From: a virus | DNA length: 26,379 nucleotides | IMG/VR virus record: IMGVR_UViG_3300037076_000108 | Reading direction: 5' to 3' (one strand) | Shown here: piece by piece, positions 23,708 to 26,379 of the stretch | Position numbering within the stretch: position 1 is the stretch's first letter | Layout: each line of letters opens with the position of its first letter | Made by a program: the position numbers and the translations under genes | Notes under the pieces: model-generated | The model's database searches: none | The model's input: the letters and a program-made list of their open reading frames with translations, nothing else | What the model was told of the DNA's origin: nothing

Positions 23708-23786
23708 TGGTAGCCGTGGTGGGACTCGAACCCACACTGTTCAGGTTTTGAATCTGTTGTCTCCTGCCAAATTGGACTACACGGCT
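23708..23786 (-). tRNA. Atypical tRNA or tRNA-like, paralogue of the previous one; best fold gives anticodon CAA with a weak 3-bp anticodon stem
   Basis: 79 nt. Perfect acceptor AGCCGTG/CACGGCT and T-arm GTGGG-TTCGAGT-CCCAC. The anticodon region ACAGA-TTCAAAA-CCTGA pairs poorly. Possibly a pseudo-tRNA. Confidence 0.4.
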
Positions 23787-24044
23787 ATAAACTTGTTCAG
23801 GAACTTTCACGATGAAGGGTAGTGTTTGAACCTCCGACCCAAACCTACCGTACTCAGAATTGCGTAGCATCTTAACAATACGCAATTTCCGGTAATACGA
23901 CTTCACTTCTTCTCGTGTTACTTCCACAAATGATTTCATAATTTGTTGAGCCAGGGACGGACCATCGAACCCGTATCGGTTGCCTTTCAGCACGCCCAAT
24001 GTAGCGCCCGGTTTTACCTTTGTTAAACTACCCTGACCCAAGTT

Positions 24045-24132
24045 TGGTGGCCGGGGTGGGACTCGAACCCACACACCCTTGCGGATACCAGCTTTTGAGG
24101 CTGGCGTGTCTACCAGTTCCATCCACCCGGCC
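24045..24132 (-). tRNA. tRNA-Leu(CAA)
   Basis: 88 nt, class II. Acceptor GGCCGGG/CCCGGCC, GGTAGAC D-loop, anticodon arm CCAGC-CTCAAAA-GCTGG, long variable arm, T-arm GTGGG-TTCGAGT-CCCAC, CCA. Confidence 0.75.
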
Positions 24133-24310
24133 AAAACTCTTTGAAAACTGCAAGAACAGTGAGGCTTGCCATTTCTAGCAAGAAGGTGAAGGCTTGCAGT
24201 TTTCAAAATTCATTCCTATCGAAACAAAATCACAACAAATGCCAAGAGCACAACCAAACCCGCTATCAGCGTCAGGGTGCTATCTACCGGCCCTTGTCGA
24301 TCAAACCTGC

Positions 24311-24457
24311 TCATAAATTCGCTTCGATCTCTGACCAGCATTCCTTACAGCGTGCGAATAGATCGCCGTAGCGGTGGCGCATCTCACGGTGGCAGTCACA
24401 ACACCACCAGACCAACTCACATGCCTCTTCGCCCTTCTCTTCGCACGTACAAGGCAT
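24311..24457 (-). CDS. Cys-rich mini-protein (48 aa)
   Basis: MPCTCEEKGEEACELVWWCCDCHREMRHRYGDLFARCKECW. The ATG lies 2 nt after the stop of the upstream zinc-ribbon gene. Confidence 0.35.
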   Translation of the reverse strand: MPCTCEEKGEEACELVWWCCDCHREMRHRYGDLFARCKECWSEIEANL

Positions 24458-24459
24458 TT

Positions 24460-24654
24460 CTACCACTGGTTCCACGGTACCTCGTCTCTGGAAAAACGAA
24501 CCGTCTTCGGATGCTTCGACGTATACAGCCGACTCTGAAACTTTCTGGAGAGAATGATCTCTTCTACAGAAGCCGGTCTCGGCTCGTTCTCTTTCGGAAG
24601 CGTGCCGCAATTTGGACAGCGCCGCCCAACGAACTCTTCATCACAACACTTCAT
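24460..24654 (-). CDS. Zinc-ribbon mini-protein (64 aa)
   Basis: MKCCDEEFVGRRCPNCGTLPKENEP... starts 6 nt after the tRNA-Leu(UAG) 3' end. Confidence 0.45.
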   Translation of the reverse strand: MKCCDEEFVGRRCPNCGTLPKENEPRPASVEEIILSRKFQSRLYTSKHPKTVRFSRDEVPWNQW

Positions 24655-24660
24655 AAAATC

Positions 24661-24747
24661 TGGTGGCCAAGGTGGGAGTCGAACCCACACGCCCTTTCGA
24701 GCACTTGCTTCTAAGGCAAGCGAGACTGCCAATTCCTCCACTCGGCC
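24661..24747 (-). tRNA. tRNA-Leu(UAG)
   Basis: 87 nt, class II. Acceptor GGCCGAG/CTTGGCC, anticodon arm CTTGC-CTTAGAA-GCAAG, long variable arm, T-arm GTGGG-TTCGACT-CCCAC, CCA. Confidence 0.75.
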
Positions 24748-24752
24748 AAACT

Positions 24753-24947
24753 TTAAGAAAACACATTCTGCGCCTGATTGTACGCCCAATCTGGCGGGTC
24801 TTCACACAGCGTCCATGCAAAATGAATCGCTGACAACTGCAAACTCAAAATCCTCGTCTTTGTGGTTTCGGGAATTTTGCTTTCCTTCACGTAAAGATCT
24901 TTGATGCGCTCGTACTGAGCCTGGACTTCATTCTCCGGTCGAATCAT
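24753..24947 (-). CDS. Hypothetical small protein (64 aa)
   Basis: GAGGAA SD before the ATG. Overlapping stop/start (ATGA) with the upstream HNH gene. Confidence 0.5.
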   Translation of the reverse strand: MIRPENEVQAQYERIKDLYVKESKIPETTKTRILSLQLSAIHFAWTLCEDPPDWAYNQAQNVFS

Positions 24948-25285
24948 AATTCCTCTACCAATTCATTATACTCCTGTTCTTCCAATTGTCTATCGGCCTC
25001 CAGGAGCATCCGCTCTTCGTAATGATGGATCGCATGACAATTGGCACAGACGCATTCGCATTTCGCAATTTCTTCTTTCACTTGCTTGAGCGACTTCTGC
25101 AACATCACCGCAGAACCAATCTCGAATTTTTTCTCGCCTGCGCCTGTATGATGGAATTGCAAAGCAGCCGGATGGTTGAACCCACATCTACTGCATGACA
25201 GCGTTTTCTTATACTCTGCAATCCACTGACGAACTTCTGCACGTTTTGCCGCTCGTCTTATTGCGGCGGCTGGACTCTTAGACAT
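24944..25285 (-). CDS. HNH-family endonuclease
   Basis: 113 aa. CSRCGFNHPAALQFHH...KCECVCANCHAIHH is a CxxC...HH...CxxCH arrangement. Confidence 0.6.
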   Translation of the reverse strand: MSKSPAAAIRRAAKRAEVRQWIAEYKKTLSCSRCGFNHPAALQFHHTGAGEKKFEIGSAVMLQKSLKQVKEEIAKCECVCANCHAIHHYEERMLLEADRQLEEQEYNELVEEL

Positions 25286-25310
25286 TACTCATATCTATCA
25301 TCCAAGAAAA

Positions 25311-25386
25311 TGGTCAGGGAGGTTGGAGTCGAACCAACGGCATCTCGCTTCCAAAGCGAGAACTCTGGCCTCTGAGCTACTCCCTG
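25311..25386 (-). tRNA. tRNA-Pro(UGG)
   Basis: 76 nt. Acceptor CAGGGAG/CTCCCTG, D-stem GCTC/GAGT, anticodon arm CTCGC-TTTGGAA-GCGAG, T-arm GTTGG-TTCGACT-CCAAC, CCA. Confidence 0.7.
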
Positions 25387-25501
25387 ATGGTCGGACAGGG
25401 GAGAATGGTTACTCCCTAACTACGATGCTTAACATGTGGTCATTCGTAGTCGTTACCGCTGTAAGGGCGGGATAGGTTCAAACAACCCCTGCTGTCCTAG
25501 T

Positions 25502-25593
25502 TGAGTAGATGAGACTTGAACTCACAAAAGCGCTTTCGCCTCACGCTCACCGGGTTGCGAATCCGGCGTGTTTCCCACTTCCACCACTACTCA
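25502..25593 (-). tRNA. tRNA-like element, class-II length, non-canonical anticodon arm (identity undetermined, possible pseudo-tRNA)
   Basis: Acceptor TGAGTAG/CTACTCA, T-arm GTGAG-TTCAAGT-CTCAT, hairpinned long variable arm. Anticodon region CCGG-ATTCGCAAC-CCGG gives either a 9-nt loop or an A:C mispair. No encoded CCA. The HNH gene stop lies inside its 5' acceptor strand. Confidence 0.35.
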
Positions 25594-26069
25594 AACACTC
25601 TTCGATCTCGTCTCGTCTTCAATGTGTGGCAATTAGAACAAAGTAATTGAAGATTTTCTAACCGATTATCACGATGGTCGCCGTTAATGTGATCCAACTC
25701 AGTCACCTTTTCTCCAAACCATTCCGTCAATCCACATTGGGCGCACACATCAATCAACATATTCTCACGAATCAATCTTTTTTTAAGAGCATCCGAATTC
25801 ATCGAAACACAATTTTTTATCAAATATGATTCAATGTTCTTCTTCGGACCAGTTCGTTTACCCTTACTCCATGCTTGGCCGGTGAAATGAGAAGTATCAA
25901 TCAAAAATTTTTCTGCCAGCAATCGTAGGTACGACTGTAATCCAGTAGACCCTTTTCGATCTAACTTCCGGCATACATCAGCCCAAGAAGAACTTCCATT
26001 CACTACCACACTGAGAGATTCCTTCGTGTGTTTATGATATTTTGGCATACGCAGATTATTTATACTCAC
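25587..26069 (-). CDS. HNH homing endonuclease
   Basis: 160 aa. C-terminal CAQCGLTEW...LDHINGDHRDNRLENLQLLCSNCH is an HNH motif. GTG start inside a hairpin whose loop carries TATAAATA. Confidence 0.8.
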   Translation of the reverse strand: MSINNLRMPKYHKHTKESLSVVVNGSSSWADVCRKLDRKGSTGLQSYLRLLAEKFLIDTSHFTGQAWSKGKRTGPKKNIESYLIKNCVSMNSDALKKRLIRENMLIDVCAQCGLTEWFGEKVTELDHINGDHRDNRLENLQLLCSNCHTLKTRRDRRVFE

Positions 26070-26087
26070 TGCGTATGCCAGATTGAT

Positions 26088-26175
26088 TGGTCGCCGGGGT
26101 GAGGCTCGAACTCACACGCCCTTTCGGACACCAGACTCTCATTCTGGCTTGTCTACCAAATTCCAGCACCCGGCG
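26088..26175 (-). tRNA. tRNA-Leu(GAG)
   Basis: 88 nt, class II. Acceptor CGCCGGG/CCCGGCG, GGTAGAC D-loop, anticodon arm CCAGA-ATGAGAG-TCTGG, long variable arm, T-arm GTGAG-TTCGAGC-CTCAC, CCA. Confidence 0.7.
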
Positions 26176-26292
26176 AAACTTGGTCGTGTCGGAAGAGCGC
26201 TACCCTTCATCTTTAGGCCCTTAATGGCCCTGCCTCACAATCATCAGACTCGGCGTCCCTAAGATATAGCGACTTTGGGCTACGACACGATA

Positions 26293-26379
26293 TGGCGGAA
26301 GGATGGGGTCTCGAACCCCAACATCCGGTTAGGATCTACAGTTTTCAAGACTGTGGTCATTAGGCCGAAACTTGACTTA
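26293..26379 (-). tRNA. tRNA-Ser(UGA), partial (5' end beyond window)
   Basis: CCA, acceptor 3' strand TCCTTCC, T-arm TGGGG-TTCGAGA-CCCCA, anticodon arm ACAGT-CTTGAAA-ACTGT. Same GGAAG-type scaffold as the other Ser tRNAs. Confidence 0.55.

Noticed and set aside
23787-24044. Possible additional tRNA suggested by a catcgaaccc string near 23960
   Set aside because: No acceptable T-stem or acceptor pairing could be built around it on either strand.
23694-24206. 170-aa minus-strand ORF, and also the 23513-23737 and 20171-20374 ORFs
   Set aside because: They run straight through well-folded tRNA genes (tRNA-Leu(CAA) and the class-I tRNAs at 23473-23548 and 23708-23786 for the first two, tRNA-Ser(GGA) for 20171-20374). 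TTG or odd starts, no SD.
24141-24371. 76-aa plus-strand ORF (TTG start), Lys/Gln-rich
   Set aside because: It begins inside the nested hairpin, is low-complexity and lacks an SD. The region is better explained as a structured intergenic spacer.
1-26379. Possibility that the window is bacterial chromosome rather than phage
   Set aside because: The contiguous gp5/PAAR/gp25/gp6/gp7/gp8 order, the homing endonucleases, the dense tRNA array and the late-promoter-like motifs all point to a T4-like phage, free or integrated. No integrase, att site or host housekeeping gene is visible in this window.

Overview
This window reads as a fragment of a large T4-like myovirus genome, as free phage or prophage, with almost all genes on the minus strand. 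Bases 1-12045 are a baseplate module. In minus-strand order it runs: gp5-like central spike (no lysozyme domain), a small membrane protein, a PAAR tip protein, a gp25-like wedge protein, an inserted GIY-YIG homing endonuclease, a gp6-like wedge protein, a 1398-aa gp7-like giant with a C-terminal array of 11-aa tandem repeats, a gp8-like protein, and the start of a further structural protein that runs off the window. Bases 12061-13121 are a short plus-strand operon of four small genes. Bases 13400-26379 are an accessory region containing at least 12 tRNA or tRNA-like genes on the minus strand: Gly x2, Ser x4, Leu x3, Pro, two atypical class-I tRNAs and one tRNA-like element. Four HNH endonucleases, several tiny zinc-ribbon genes, a thioredoxin, an ATP-grasp protein, a CX5R phosphatase with a lipoprotein, and an ArfB/RF-1-domain protein with a degenerate GGQ motif sit among the tRNAs. 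The most striking feature is a full-length 848-aa homologue of the eukaryotic major vault protein (MVP) at 16201-18747. It forms its own transcription unit with a sigma70-like promoter and an intrinsic terminator, and its GC content is visibly higher than that of its neighbours. A T4-late-promoter-like motif (CTAAATAG / TATAAATA) recurs immediately upstream of many minus-strand genes. tRNA anticodons and all non-table coordinates were worked out by hand and may be off by 1-2 nt.
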